From: Candidatus Micrarchaeia archaeon
GTDB taxonomy: Archaea; Micrarchaeota; Micrarchaeia; CABMEP01
Assembly (NCBI GenBank): GCA_038886535.1
Contig: JAVZXS010000002.1
Coordinates: 1 to 64,000, forward strand
DNA length: 64,000 bases
Direction of reading: 5' to 3'
Under the pieces are notes generated by a model. The model searched no databases. It was not told the DNA's origin and saw nothing but the letters and a program-made list of their open reading frames with translations. How positions within the stretch are numbered: position 1 is the stretch's first letter; each line of letters begins with the position of its first letter. The position numbers and the translations under genes were made by a program. Below, piece after piece: positions 39,431-49,061 of this stretch.

Positions 39431-40096
39431 ATGAAAGAAAAAAGAATGATAAAAGCAATAATCTTTGATATGGATAACACTCTTTTAGAGCTGAATGTTG
39501 ATTGGTATAAACTTACAAATGATATAGATTATGAATACTTCCAGGGAAGGTATTCGCACTTAACCCCGCATAAATTTTTTGTTGCTTTTTTCTCAAAGCT
39601 TTTAGATAAGCTTACAAGCAGGCAGAAGAAAGAAATTAGAGAAAAGAGATTAGAGAAAGAGATGGAAGGACTGGCAACAGGCACATGTTTCCCTTACAGA
39701 GGAATCTTGAAATCTTTAAGCAAGAAATACAAGCTTGGTGTTGTGTCTGGAAATTATCGCCAAACAGTAATAAAAGCATTGCAAAAGTGTGGATTTAGAA
39801 AATACATTAAAGCAATAGTATCTATAGATGATGTTCCAGAATCAAAGCCATCTCCTCTTCCTTTGCAAAAGGCACTTAAAATGTTAAGGGTTAAGCCAGA
39901 GGAAGCAGTTTATGTGGGAGATCACCCAGATGACATAAAGGCAGCTAGGAATGCAGGAATGCATTCAATAGGCGTGCTTACATACAAGAGAAAATACGAT
40001 CAACTTCAGAAAGAAAATCCAGAATTAATAATCAAAAACTTATTTGAGCTTGAAGGCGCGATTGATCAATTAGAACATAAAATGCGAATGAACTGA
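39431..40096 (+). CDS. HAD-superfamily hydrolase (phosphoglycolate phosphatase-like)
   Basis: FDMDNTL, KPSP, YVGDHPDDI. Confidence 0.92.
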   Translation: MKEKRMIKAIIFDMDNTLLELNVDWYKLTNDIDYEYFQGRYSHLTPHKFFVAFFSKLLDKLTSRQKKEIREKRLEKEMEGLATGTCFPYRGILKSLSKKYKLGVVSGNYRQTVIKALQKCGFRKYIKAIVSIDDVPESKPSPLPLQKALKMLRVKPEEAVYVGDHPDDIKAARNAGMHSIGVLTYKRKYDQLQKENPELIIKNLFELEGAIDQLEHKMRMN

Positions 40097-40160
40097 AAGT
40101 GAATAATGTTTAATTGTCTCTCAAATAGATGAATTTTAAATTTATTGCTTATATTTTATT

Positions 40161-40853
40161 ATGGCAGAATCTAAAAAGATACAAATTGGAATTTCTGGAA
40201 TAGATGACATGCTTAATGGCGGAATACCTAAAAGGCATCATGTGCTTGTTTCAGGTGGTCCTGGAAGCGGAAAAACATTATTCTGCTTTGAATACCTTTA
40301 CAGGGGTGCAAAGAAAGGTGAGAAAGGTCTTTTTATTACCTTAGAAGAGGATCCAGAATTAATAGTTGAAAACGTAAAGGGCGCATTTTCAGGATTGAAG
40401 GATATAGATTCAATGATAAATAAGGATATATTTATCATCAAACCTGCAATGTATGACTTCAAAAACTTTTCAGACATCCTCCAGTCGTATGTGGTTCACC
40501 ATGGAGTTAAAAGAGTGGTCATAGATTCATCTACTTTACTCAGATTCAGCTTTGAAGAGGTTTTAGAGTTTAGGAAGAAACTTATTGAATTCCTTAGTTT
40601 CTTAAGAAATCTGGATTGCACTGCATTGATTACTTCAGAGCTAGAGAATCCAGTAAGAAACAAAATGAAGTTCAAAATAGAGCATTTTGCAGCAGATGGA
40701 ATTATAGTTCTTTACAACATGCCAAGAAAGGAAAAAAGAATAAGGGCTTTAGAAATAATAAAAATGAGAGGAACAGACCATTCAAGAGATTTAGTCCCAA
40801 TGAAGATCACATCCCAAGGAATAACTGTATTTCCGGGTGAAAAGATCTATTGA
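40161..40853 (+). CDS. KaiC-like (RecA-superfamily) ATPase with intact motifs
   Basis: GGPGSGKT Walker A, TLEE, VIDS, KMRG. Confidence 0.93.
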   Translation: MAESKKIQIGISGIDDMLNGGIPKRHHVLVSGGPGSGKTLFCFEYLYRGAKKGEKGLFITLEEDPELIVENVKGAFSGLKDIDSMINKDIFIIKPAMYDFKNFSDILQSYVVHHGVKRVVIDSSTLLRFSFEEVLEFRKKLIEFLSFLRNLDCTALITSELENPVRNKMKFKIEHFAADGIIVLYNMPRKEKRIRALEIIKMRGTDHSRDLVPMKITSQGITVFPGEKIY

Positions 40854-40900
40854 TTGATGATAATATAGAGATTTAATAAGAGAGTTAAGATAGTGGTTCA

Positions 40901-41710
40901 ATGAGAATCGATAATGAATATGTTTCATTTATTTTCGATCTTGAACAAGATATAGATTTAAGCAAGCTTTCAAAAAGCAAGAACTTTCTTTCGCTTCCAA
41001 ATGAATCTAACTTTTTGTTTTCTGTTATTGAAAACAAGATATTTTTCATTGTTTTTAAAAGCGGAAAAGTGAGGATCACCTATCCAAACGGTGATGTAGA
41101 ATCTCTTCAGAAAAATATTTCAGAGTTTGCACCAAAGATAAGTGAATTATTCAACGAAGTTAAAGAGAAGGCTAAGATAAAGGCAAACATATCCTCAGTT
41201 ATTTCAAAAGGAAGATTGGAAAGCGAAAAAGATGGCTTTGAGATAAGAAAAGATATCTGCGAGAAGGATTGTTCGATTCCAGTAGGGCTTTTTTTCGATT
41301 TGGCTTTTCTTTCTCCAATGCAGTTGTTCGGTCAATACAACCATGAAAGATTGCTAACCTTTTCAGGAGAAAAATTCGGTAGAAAGATATCTGCTAAGAA
41401 TAAGCAACATTTAGAGAAAGAAATAAAGAAGTTTATTGAACAGAATAATTTAGGGTTAGTTGAAATAATCAAACCGAAGGAGGATGAAATAGGAGCCATG
41501 CCTTTTTCTTCCTTCAGAGTATATAAAAGCAAGTTTGTGTATGGATTGCCGCCAACTGGAAGGGCAGAATGTTATTTCATACAAGCTCTGATAAGGGGCG
41601 CATTTGCAGCATATCTTAAGCAGGAAAATATTAATGTGATTGAAACTAAATGTTGGAGAAAAGGAGATGTTTATTGCGAATTCAATGTTTACCTGTTAAA
41701 ACATTCATGA
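40901..41710 (+). CDS. V4R-domain protein with putative N-terminal TBP-like half-domain
   Basis: C-terminal CYFIQALIRG...ETKCWRKGDVYCEF (V4R); N-terminal DLEQDIDLSKL...IVFKSGKVRIT. Confidence 0.8.
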   Translation: MRIDNEYVSFIFDLEQDIDLSKLSKSKNFLSLPNESNFLFSVIENKIFFIVFKSGKVRITYPNGDVESLQKNISEFAPKISELFNEVKEKAKIKANISSVISKGRLESEKDGFEIRKDICEKDCSIPVGLFFDLAFLSPMQLFGQYNHERLLTFSGEKFGRKISAKNKQHLEKEIKKFIEQNNLGLVEIIKPKEDEIGAMPFSSFRVYKSKFVYGLPPTGRAECYFIQALIRGAFAAYLKQENINVIETKCWRKGDVYCEFNVYLLKHS

Positions 41711-41835
41711 TTAGTATTTATATTACGAATTTATAGGTATAGATATTTTTATTAATTAGATGTATTAATATTTTTATTAATATTCTAAAAATATATTCTA
41801 ATGATCAATAAAAAGTACAATAAAAAGTAGGTTTT

Positions 41836-42525
41836 ATGAAATCTCAAAAGGATAAAATAGGAATAGATTTTATAGATAATCTAATGCAAGGAGGACTTCC
41901 ATCAAAGACAGCTCTGCTAATAGAAGGCACATCTGGAATTGGTCAGAATGTCATGCTTTATCAATTCATTTATGAAGGAATAAAGAATAACGAAAAATGC
42001 ATCTATCTATTTTCAGGGCATATGATAGATGAGATATTGGATGAGTTTGAGTCTTATGGAATAGAGGTAAAGGAAAAAGATATTGTTTGGATTGATGCCT
42101 CTTCTTCAAATGAAAATGCAATTCAATGCGATTTATCAGAACTTTACACTGTTTCTTCAGCTATTAAAAATGTGTTATCAAGCAGAAAGAAAAACGAAAA
42201 GATAAGATTTGCTACTGATGCAGTATCTCCCATGCTGATGGCAAATAATCCAGCAGAGGTTTACAAGTTTCTTTCATCTCTTATAACAGAGCTGAAGAAA
42301 GCAGATGCACTGTCAATGTTTATAATCGAGGATGCAATGCACGAACCACAGGTAACTGCATCTATAGAGCAACTTTGCGACGGAGTTATTGAATTAAAGG
42401 CAATTGAAAGAGATTTGGAAATCGAAACAGTAATGAAGATAAAGAAGATGAAGAATATTCCTCCATTTCAAAAGTATTTCAAATATAAAGTTACAGAAGA
42501 AGGTATAATAGAAAAGAGGGAATAA
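41836..42525 (+). CDS. KaiC-like protein with degenerate Walker A (probably catalytically inactive)
   Basis: GTSGIGQN lacks the Walker A Lys; no EE pair; LCDGVIEL and KKMK retained. Confidence 0.85.
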   Translation: MKSQKDKIGIDFIDNLMQGGLPSKTALLIEGTSGIGQNVMLYQFIYEGIKNNEKCIYLFSGHMIDEILDEFESYGIEVKEKDIVWIDASSSNENAIQCDLSELYTVSSAIKNVLSSRKKNEKIRFATDAVSPMLMANNPAEVYKFLSSLITELKKADALSMFIIEDAMHEPQVTASIEQLCDGVIELKAIERDLEIETVMKIKKMKNIPPFQKYFKYKVTEEGIIEKRE

Positions 42526-42526
42526 C

Positions 42527-43285
42527 ATGTCTGAATTTACAAGCGAATCAAACTTAACAAACATAATTGCAGAGATCGCAGGATTGTCAGCTCCATTCTA
42601 TTTAATAATTGCATTGTCTCTGCCAATCATAGCCGCCTTACTAGTATATAGATACTTAATAACTAATAAGATAGTTGTTGACAAATTAGCAAAGAAAAGA
42701 CTCTTTGCCTCTATGCTTACTGCAGTGTTTTCAATCTTATTCACTGAGATAGATGCAATAGGATCACTGACTGGATTGGAATTCGGACAATATGTTCTGA
42801 TAAGAAGATATGTGGGTGCAGTTGCAATATACGGAGTTTATCTTTTGTTCTGTTCGCTAATTGAATCTGCTTTGAAATATGATTACACCCATAACAGAAA
42901 GAGGCTAGTGCAGGACGGACATATGGGAAGAATATCCAGCTTCCTTCTCATAGCCATACTGATTATTTCTCCATTTATTGGGGATAAGCAGCTTTCAGAT
43001 TTCTTTACATTCATGATAGCAGTACTCTTGCTTTTAATTATGATAATCGCACTAAAAGTTTTGAAAGATACTGAAAAGGGAATAAAAGACAAAACAACAA
43101 GAAAATTCACTGTATGGTCTTGCTATCAGGTAGTTTTCATGAGCATAGGCGCATTTTTCAATACAGTTGCAATATTGGCAAGCCTTCCACCTGCAGCAAA
43201 CCTGATAAGAATACCGATGTCAATCCTAGTTGCATATGCAGCTTATAAGGTTTCAAAGAATTTAATAAAAGTAGAAGAAGAGTAA
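42527..43285 (+). CDS. Seven-TM membrane protein (possible sensor)
   Basis: Seven hydrophobic segments; starts 1 nt after the second KaiC-like gene. Confidence 0.7.
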   Translation: MSEFTSESNLTNIIAEIAGLSAPFYLIIALSLPIIAALLVYRYLITNKIVVDKLAKKRLFASMLTAVFSILFTEIDAIGSLTGLEFGQYVLIRRYVGAVAIYGVYLLFCSLIESALKYDYTHNRKRLVQDGHMGRISSFLLIAILIISPFIGDKQLSDFFTFMIAVLLLLIMIIALKVLKDTEKGIKDKTTRKFTVWSCYQVVFMSIGAFFNTVAILASLPPAANLIRIPMSILVAYAAYKVSKNLIKVEEE

Positions 43286-43297
43286 TAAGGTGATCTT

Positions 43298-44524
43298 ATG
43301 GATTCAAATCTTCCAAAAAGAAGAGAGACATTTCAGGTAAAGGTCGGAGACATAACTATTGGCAGCCAGCATCCAATCGTAGTCCAGTCAATGACAAATA
43401 CCAATACAGCTGATGTTGATTCAACTGTAAAACAGATAATAGAACTTCATAAAGCAGGATCAGAAATGGTAAGATTCACAGTAAAAGATGATGAAATGGC
43501 AAAGGCAGTTCCAGAGATAAAGAAAAAACTTATTGATCAGGGGTACACTCTTCCTCTAATAGGGGATTTTCATTTCAACGGAGACATCCTTCTTTCAAAA
43601 TATCCAAAGATGGCAGAGTCTCTTGACAAATGGAGGGTCAATCCAGGAAATGCAGGAAGCGATGAAAGATTTAGAAATATCATAAAGCTTGCAATAGATT
43701 ACAACAAGCCTATAAGAATAGGCGTAAACGGAGGTTCATTGGATCAAAAACTTCTTGCAAGGATGATAGAGAAGGATTTGAAGAAACCAAAAGAAAAGCA
43801 GCTTGGTTCCCACAGGGTTTTTCTTGATGCAATGATAAAGAGTGCATTAACATCTGCAGAATCTGCAATAGAGGCAGGAATGCCAGAGAATGCAATTATA
43901 TTATCAGCTAAGGTATCGAATGTGAGAGATCTCATTTATGTTTATTCTAATCTTGCAAAGAAATGCAAGTTCCCCCTTCATCTAGGGCTGACAGAGGCTG
44001 GAGGGGGATCAAAGGGAATAGTTGCATCAGCACAAGGAATAGGGATTCTTTTGAATCAGGGAATCGGGGATACGATTCGTGTTTCTATCACTCCAAGGCC
44101 AGGGCAAAGTAGGACTGAGGAAGTGATTGTTGCCCAAGAAATACTTCAAACTCTTGGTCTCAGGGCGTTCTTCCCGATGGTTACGAGCTGTCCGGGTTGT
44201 GGAAGAACAACGAGCACTGTTTTTCAAACCATAGCAGAGGAGATAAGCAAGTATCTTCAGCAGCAGTCTCATGTTTGGAGGGCGCAGGGATACAAGGGAT
44301 TTGAAAACATGAAGGTTGCAGTCATGGGGTGCATTGTCAATGGTCCGGGCGAGTCAAGAGAGGCAAACATAGGACTAAGCCTGCCAGGATCTGGAGAAAC
44401 CCCATCAGCTCCTGTGTTTGCAGATGGAAAACAGATTGCAACCCTGACCGGAGATGCAAGATCCATCTCAGAGCAGTATAAGAAATTGATAGAGGATTAT
44501 GTGAAGACGCATTATAGAATTTGA
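43298..44524 (+). CDS. ispG: (E)-4-hydroxy-3-methylbut-2-enyl-diphosphate synthase (MEP pathway)
   Basis: VQSMTNT, DFHF, RVNPGN, RIGVNGGSL, PLHLGLTEAG, GIGDTIRVS, CPGCGRT, VMGCIVNGPGE. Confidence 0.98.
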   Translation: MDSNLPKRRETFQVKVGDITIGSQHPIVVQSMTNTNTADVDSTVKQIIELHKAGSEMVRFTVKDDEMAKAVPEIKKKLIDQGYTLPLIGDFHFNGDILLSKYPKMAESLDKWRVNPGNAGSDERFRNIIKLAIDYNKPIRIGVNGGSLDQKLLARMIEKDLKKPKEKQLGSHRVFLDAMIKSALTSAESAIEAGMPENAIILSAKVSNVRDLIYVYSNLAKKCKFPLHLGLTEAGGGSKGIVASAQGIGILLNQGIGDTIRVSITPRPGQSRTEEVIVAQEILQTLGLRAFFPMVTSCPGCGRTTSTVFQTIAEEISKYLQQQSHVWRAQGYKGFENMKVAVMGCIVNGPGESREANIGLSLPGSGETPSAPVFADGKQIATLTGDARSISEQYKKLIEDYVKTHYRI

Positions 44525-44577
44525 TTTCCTGGATTTTATTAAACAGCATATTTATAAATATATACTATAATTATCAT

Positions 44578-44651
44578 ATAAGCGACATTGTTGATATTAT
44601 TGGTAAAAGTATAGTAATTATACTATTACCTTATCAATTTTAGTCGCTTAT
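44578..44651 (+). promoter_or_regulatory. Long imperfect hairpin in the probable 5' UTR of the surface protein gene
   Basis: Nested pairs ATAAGCGAC/GTCGCTTAT, TTGATA/TATCAA, GGTAA/TTACC, AGTATA/TATACT; TATA-like TTTATAAA at 44551. Confidence 0.7.
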
Positions 44652-44671
44652 TTTATATTTGGGTGAATCTA

Positions 44672-47600
44672 ATGAAAAAATTATCTGTAATTTTGTCTTT
44701 CTTTCTTTTTGGACTGCTGAGTGCAGTCTCTATTAATTTAATCTCTCCAGCAAATAACACATTTACAAATCAAACAACTGTTGCTTTTGTATTTAATGCT
44801 ACAGATGATGAAAATACAACTCTAAATTGTAGTTTGTATATCAACGACGCTCTCAATATAATAAATGAAACAGTGGAGAACAGTTCAATTACTAATTTCA
44901 CACTTACAGATGTTAGTGAAGGAAATTATTTGTGGTATATAAACTGTAGCAATGGAATAGACATAAATACCTCTGATATTTATAACCTCACAATTGATAC
45001 ATCTGGCTTCATAATCTATTCAATAGGTGCTGCAGAACCAGATCGGTTTGTGTCGAATAATTCTGCAAATAATCAGCTAACCTTGATTGTAAATGCATCT
45101 GACAATGGACCTGCAGGAATTGATTATTTAACTGCAAACTTCACAGCATTGCAGCAACCAGGACTTGATTATGTTAATATGACATATAATGATACAACAG
45201 GATTGTGGAATGCAACGATAACAGTTACAGATGTAAGCAATTTTGAATTCACTCCACTTAATGTTTCTGTATTCGGTTTCGATAAGGCTGGCAATGGATT
45301 GGGCGGAGGACAGTCATCAACTATGTTCACTCTCTACAAATTCAGCCAACCTACATTTGTCGGTAATCCATGCTACCAATGGGGAGATTCAACAACAGAT
45401 TTGACCGAAGAAACAGATTTTGAGCATGTAAACTATGTGCTTGAACTACAGGTCAATGTATCTTGCATGATGGACGGATTGCCACCAGGTTCTCCAAGCT
45501 GGATGAATCAGTTTGAAACTGTAGCATTGTTTAACTTTACATCCTTAAACTTTTCCGATCCTTCAACAGGTCCAAAGCTTGCAGCTCTCGCAAACAACAT
45601 GCAAGTAAATATCACCCTGCCTGGAGAATTTGGAGATTCAAGAATATATTTCAATACATCATATCTCTCTGAATTTAACACAACCGCAGTTGTGAAATTA
45701 TTCCATCTTCCATTTGTTTCACAACCAAATATTGAACCAGATCCAGACGCAGCAGGTTATGATGACACTTCAATTGTGTGGGACCAGGGCGTAGGAGAAG
45801 GTAATCTTACCTTCACAGTTTATGGTTTCTCAGGCTACAATATAACTGATGACGTAGCTCCAAACATAACTTTGAATTCACCAAACCCATCTATGCCATA
45901 TACCAATGATTCTACCCCAACAATAAACATAACTCTAAATGGAACAAAGACAACAATAAGCTACTTGCTTGTTCAGATAGATAATACAAGCTATGTGTTT
46001 AATTCAACAGTCAACCAAACCAATTGCCAAGCAACTGCAAATCCAGAAATCATGAATTGTGTGTTTGATAGCAGCAATTTGTCAAACGGACAGCACACTT
46101 TGTTCATACTGACGCGTGACTTTGGTGGGGAATCTGGAAACGCAGCAAATTACACAATTAACTTTACAGTAGATACTGTAGCTCCAACAGTAAATATCAC
46201 TTCGCCAACATCAAATTCAATTAAGGGAGAAGTAATACATATACAGATTACTGTTTCTGAGACTGCAGATACAAATATTTCAATATACAATAGTACAGGT
46301 GCACTAGTTAATTCAACAATGATAAATAACAATACATCAATATCTACTTCATTGTCTGTTCCTGCTGAAGGCATTTATTCCTTAGTTGCAACATCCTGTG
46401 ATATTGCAGGAAACTATGGAAATGCAACAGTTTCAAATATAACAGTTGATATGACAAATCCAGTTGTTGTCATATCATTACCAACAAACGATACAGAATT
46501 TGATTCCGCAACGATAACAATATCTGGAAATTCAATAGATGAAAATCTGAACTACACAAACATTTCAATCCAAGTTAGTGGACAGTTAATAAGTTCCACC
46601 ACAACAACAAATTCATCATGGAGTGTCAAATTAGCAGTTAACGCAAGTTTGAGTGAATATTATATCATGGCAAAAGCATATGATCTTGCAGGCAATTATG
46701 GAATTGTAAATGTAACAAATATAACAGTTAATGATACAACTGCACCATCTGTAACTGCTATAAGCGCAACAACTTCAGGATCAACAGTTACACTAAGTGT
46801 AACAACAAATGAGTTTGCAGTATGCAGATATTCAACAAGCGACATTGATTACGAAAACATGTCAAACATGACAACAACGGGTGAATTATCGCACAGCCAT
46901 TCAATAACGTACAGTTCAACAACATCTGGAACATTTTATGTCAGGTGTGTAGATCCGATTGGAAATGTAATGAACTCATCAAACAGTACAACTTTCAGTG
47001 TTACAATATCTTCAGGAAGTTCAAGCTCTTCATCATCAACCACAAACCAAACAACAAATGTCACACCATATGTTCCACCTGTGACACCGCCAACAACACA
47101 ACCGCAACCTGAAGAAACGCCAGCCCCAACAACCCCTATAAGTGTTGTTTCATCAACTGCTTCAACAGTTGTGTTTAGCTTGAATGCAGTTGCTGGAGAA
47201 CAAATAACTATAGATGTTGCAAAGATGGCAAGCGGAGTTGCACAAGGCACTGGAATATCAAAGATATCAATCGCTACAAGATCAGCAGTGTCTAATGTAC
47301 AGGTTGCAATAAAGCCTGTAGAAAAACCATCTTCCATTCCAGAGCCAGCAAAGAAGGTTCTCAATTATATAGAGATTAGCTTTGGAGGAGCAAGCGATGC
47401 AGTTCAAAGCGCAAAGATAACATTCACATTGAAGAAGTCAGACATCAGAAAGCAAAACATAGATTCAGATACAATCAAGCTCCTAAGATATGCAAACGGA
47501 CAATGGCAGGAGCTCCAGACAGTGAAAGGATTTGAGGATCTTGAATCAATAACATTTGAAGCAACCACGCCAGGCTTCAGCTACTTTGCAATTGCAGGAA

Positions 47601-47785
47601 GCGAGATACAGGCTCCAGCAGAAACTCCTAAAGTTACAACAACAACTACTGAAGAAGAACCCGGAATAACAGTGGTTTCTGAAAAGAAGGAGGAGAGCCC
47701 GTTAGGATTGATACTGCTGATAGCAGTTATCCTGATAATAGGATACATTGTGCTAAGCAGCCAGAAGCCATGGAAGACAAAATAA
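44672..47785 (+). CDS. Large cell-surface glycoprotein with Ig-like repeats and PGF-pre-PGF domain
   Basis: Signal peptide, many N-x-S/T sequons, DxxAP/DxAGN Ig-like repeats, Ser/Thr/Pro linker, ATTPGFSYFAI, C-terminal TM. Confidence 0.9.
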   Translation: MKKLSVILSFFLFGLLSAVSINLISPANNTFTNQTTVAFVFNATDDENTTLNCSLYINDALNIINETVENSSITNFTLTDVSEGNYLWYINCSNGIDINTSDIYNLTIDTSGFIIYSIGAAEPDRFVSNNSANNQLTLIVNASDNGPAGIDYLTANFTALQQPGLDYVNMTYNDTTGLWNATITVTDVSNFEFTPLNVSVFGFDKAGNGLGGGQSSTMFTLYKFSQPTFVGNPCYQWGDSTTDLTEETDFEHVNYVLELQVNVSCMMDGLPPGSPSWMNQFETVALFNFTSLNFSDPSTGPKLAALANNMQVNITLPGEFGDSRIYFNTSYLSEFNTTAVVKLFHLPFVSQPNIEPDPDAAGYDDTSIVWDQGVGEGNLTFTVYGFSGYNITDDVAPNITLNSPNPSMPYTNDSTPTINITLNGTKTTISYLLVQIDNTSYVFNSTVNQTNCQATANPEIMNCVFDSSNLSNGQHTLFILTRDFGGESGNAANYTINFTVDTVAPTVNITSPTSNSIKGEVIHIQITVSETADTNISIYNSTGALVNSTMINNNTSISTSLSVPAEGIYSLVATSCDIAGNYGNATVSNITVDMTNPVVVISLPTNDTEFDSATITISGNSIDENLNYTNISIQVSGQLISSTTTTNSSWSVKLAVNASLSEYYIMAKAYDLAGNYGIVNVTNITVNDTTAPSVTAISATTSGSTVTLSVTTNEFAVCRYSTSDIDYENMSNMTTTGELSHSHSITYSSTTSGTFYVRCVDPIGNVMNSSNSTTFSVTISSGSSSSSSSTTNQTTNVTPYVPPVTPPTTQPQPEETPAPTTPISVVSSTASTVVFSLNAVAGEQITIDVAKMASGVAQGTGISKISIATRSAVSNVQVAIKPVEKPSSIPEPAKKVLNYIEISFGGASDAVQSAKITFTLKKSDIRKQNIDSDTIKLLRYANGQWQELQTVKGFEDLESITFEATTPGFSYFAIAGSEIQAPAETPKVTTTTTEEEPGITVVSEKKEESPLGLILLIAVILIIGYIVLSSQKPWKTK

Positions 47786-47809
47786 ATTAAATTAAGCCAA
47801 GTTGATAAA

Positions 47810-47840
47810 AGGGCGCACGCCCTGCTTTTTATTTTTTATT
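47810..47840 (+). terminator. Hairpin plus T-tract terminator after the surface glycoprotein gene
   Basis: AGGGC-GCAC-GCCCT followed by GCTTTTTATTTTTT. Confidence 0.6.
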
Positions 47841-47933
47841 TATTTTTTAAGTTCCTTTTCGTATTTTGCTATATTTATATTTCTTTTCTTCTTTAATACC
47901 ATTGTTTTCAAAAATTGAAACATAGGTGTTTTT

Positions 47934-48803
47934 ATGGAGATAATAGTTGCAGAACCTAAAGGCTTCTGTTTTGGAGTTAAAAGATCTATTGATATGGTTG
48001 AGAAGGCGATCAAGGAAGGAAAGAAAAACATTCAGATCTTTGGTCCTATAGTTCATAATCCTCAACAGATTGCTCTCCTTGAGAAAAAAGGAGTAAAGAT
48101 GGTTAATACTATTGATGAGATCCAGCCTGGAACTGTTTTTATCAGGGCACATGGAGTTTCACCAGATGTTTTCAAAAAGATAAAGGAAAAAGCAGTAGAG
48201 GTAATCGATGCAACATGTCCCTTTGTTAAAGTGGAACAGGAATATGCAAGGAAGCTTGCAGAAGAAGGCTATCAAGTGATAGTAATAGGTGAAAAAAACC
48301 ATCCAGAAGCACTAGGCGCACAAGGATATGCTCCGGGTTCTATCATAATAGGAAGTGTTGAAGAAGCAAGAGGGTTAAAGGAAACACCTAAGATCGGAGC
48401 TGTAGTTCAAACTACATTAGAGCCAGAGGCAGTGGATGATATAGTTGCAGAACTTTATCATAAGGCAAAGGAAGTGAGGGTTTTCAATACAATCTGCCAA
48501 TCAACAAAGATGAGACAGCCTGCTGCAAGGAAGGTTGCACAGGAAGCTGACATAATGATAGTTGTTGGAGGAAAAAATAGTGGAAATACAAGAAGGCTTG
48601 CTGAGGTTTGCAGCAGAATAAAGCCAACCTATCATATTGAAACCGCTGCCGAGCTTAAAAACGAGTGGTTCAAAGGAGTAAACAAGGTTGGAATCAGTGC
48701 AGGCGCTTCCACCCCTGAATTCATAATTGACGAAGTTATAGAAGCAATAAAGCAAATCGATAAAAAAATTGGTAAAAATAATGAAAATAAAAGGAAAAAA
48801 TGA
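47934..48803 (+). CDS. ispH: 4-hydroxy-3-methylbut-2-enyl diphosphate reductase (MEP pathway)
   Basis: GFCFGV, IVHN, RAHG, DATCPFV, HPE, QTT, TICQST, SGNT, GASTP. Confidence 0.98.
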   Translation: MEIIVAEPKGFCFGVKRSIDMVEKAIKEGKKNIQIFGPIVHNPQQIALLEKKGVKMVNTIDEIQPGTVFIRAHGVSPDVFKKIKEKAVEVIDATCPFVKVEQEYARKLAEEGYQVIVIGEKNHPEALGAQGYAPGSIIIGSVEEARGLKETPKIGAVVQTTLEPEAVDDIVAELYHKAKEVRVFNTICQSTKMRQPAARKVAQEADIMIVVGGKNSGNTRRLAEVCSRIKPTYHIETAAELKNEWFKGVNKVGISAGASTPEFIIDEVIEAIKQIDKKIGKNNENKRKK

Positions 48804-49029
48804 GCTGATTTGAACTTCTCAACCTTAGATTATATTTTAGATTATTTAACCCCTTATTTCTGATTTTAAATTCAGTCCTAACTTTGCAATTGCAAAAACT
48901 TATTGAATATGTTTTAAAGATTGCAAAAGATGGATTAGAGCGGGAATAGGGCTCTCAGTGTAGATAGGCGTTGATTTAACAAAGGTCTACAATTTAAGAA
49001 AGGATTATAAATATTTATATATATCAATA

Positions 49030-49055
49030 TGTCAATACAAGTTGTCAATACAAGT
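49030..49055 (+). repeat. Perfect 13-bp tandem repeat TGTCAATACAAGT just upstream of arsR
   Basis: Copies at 49030-49042 and 49043-49055. Confidence 0.85.
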
Positions 49056-49061
49056 GGGGCT

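Noticed and set aside
40161..42525. Circadian clock (KaiABC)
   Set aside because: Single-domain KaiC-like proteins with no kaiA or kaiB; this is the widespread archaeal family
48883..48896. Perfect palindrome TTTGCAATTGCAAA upstream of the ars operon
   Set aside because: AT-rich, about 165 bp from the arsR start and single-copy; cannot be distinguished from chance
48900..48990. Purine-rich spacer that might be a gene remnant
   Set aside because: Stops in the frames examined and no recognisable motif
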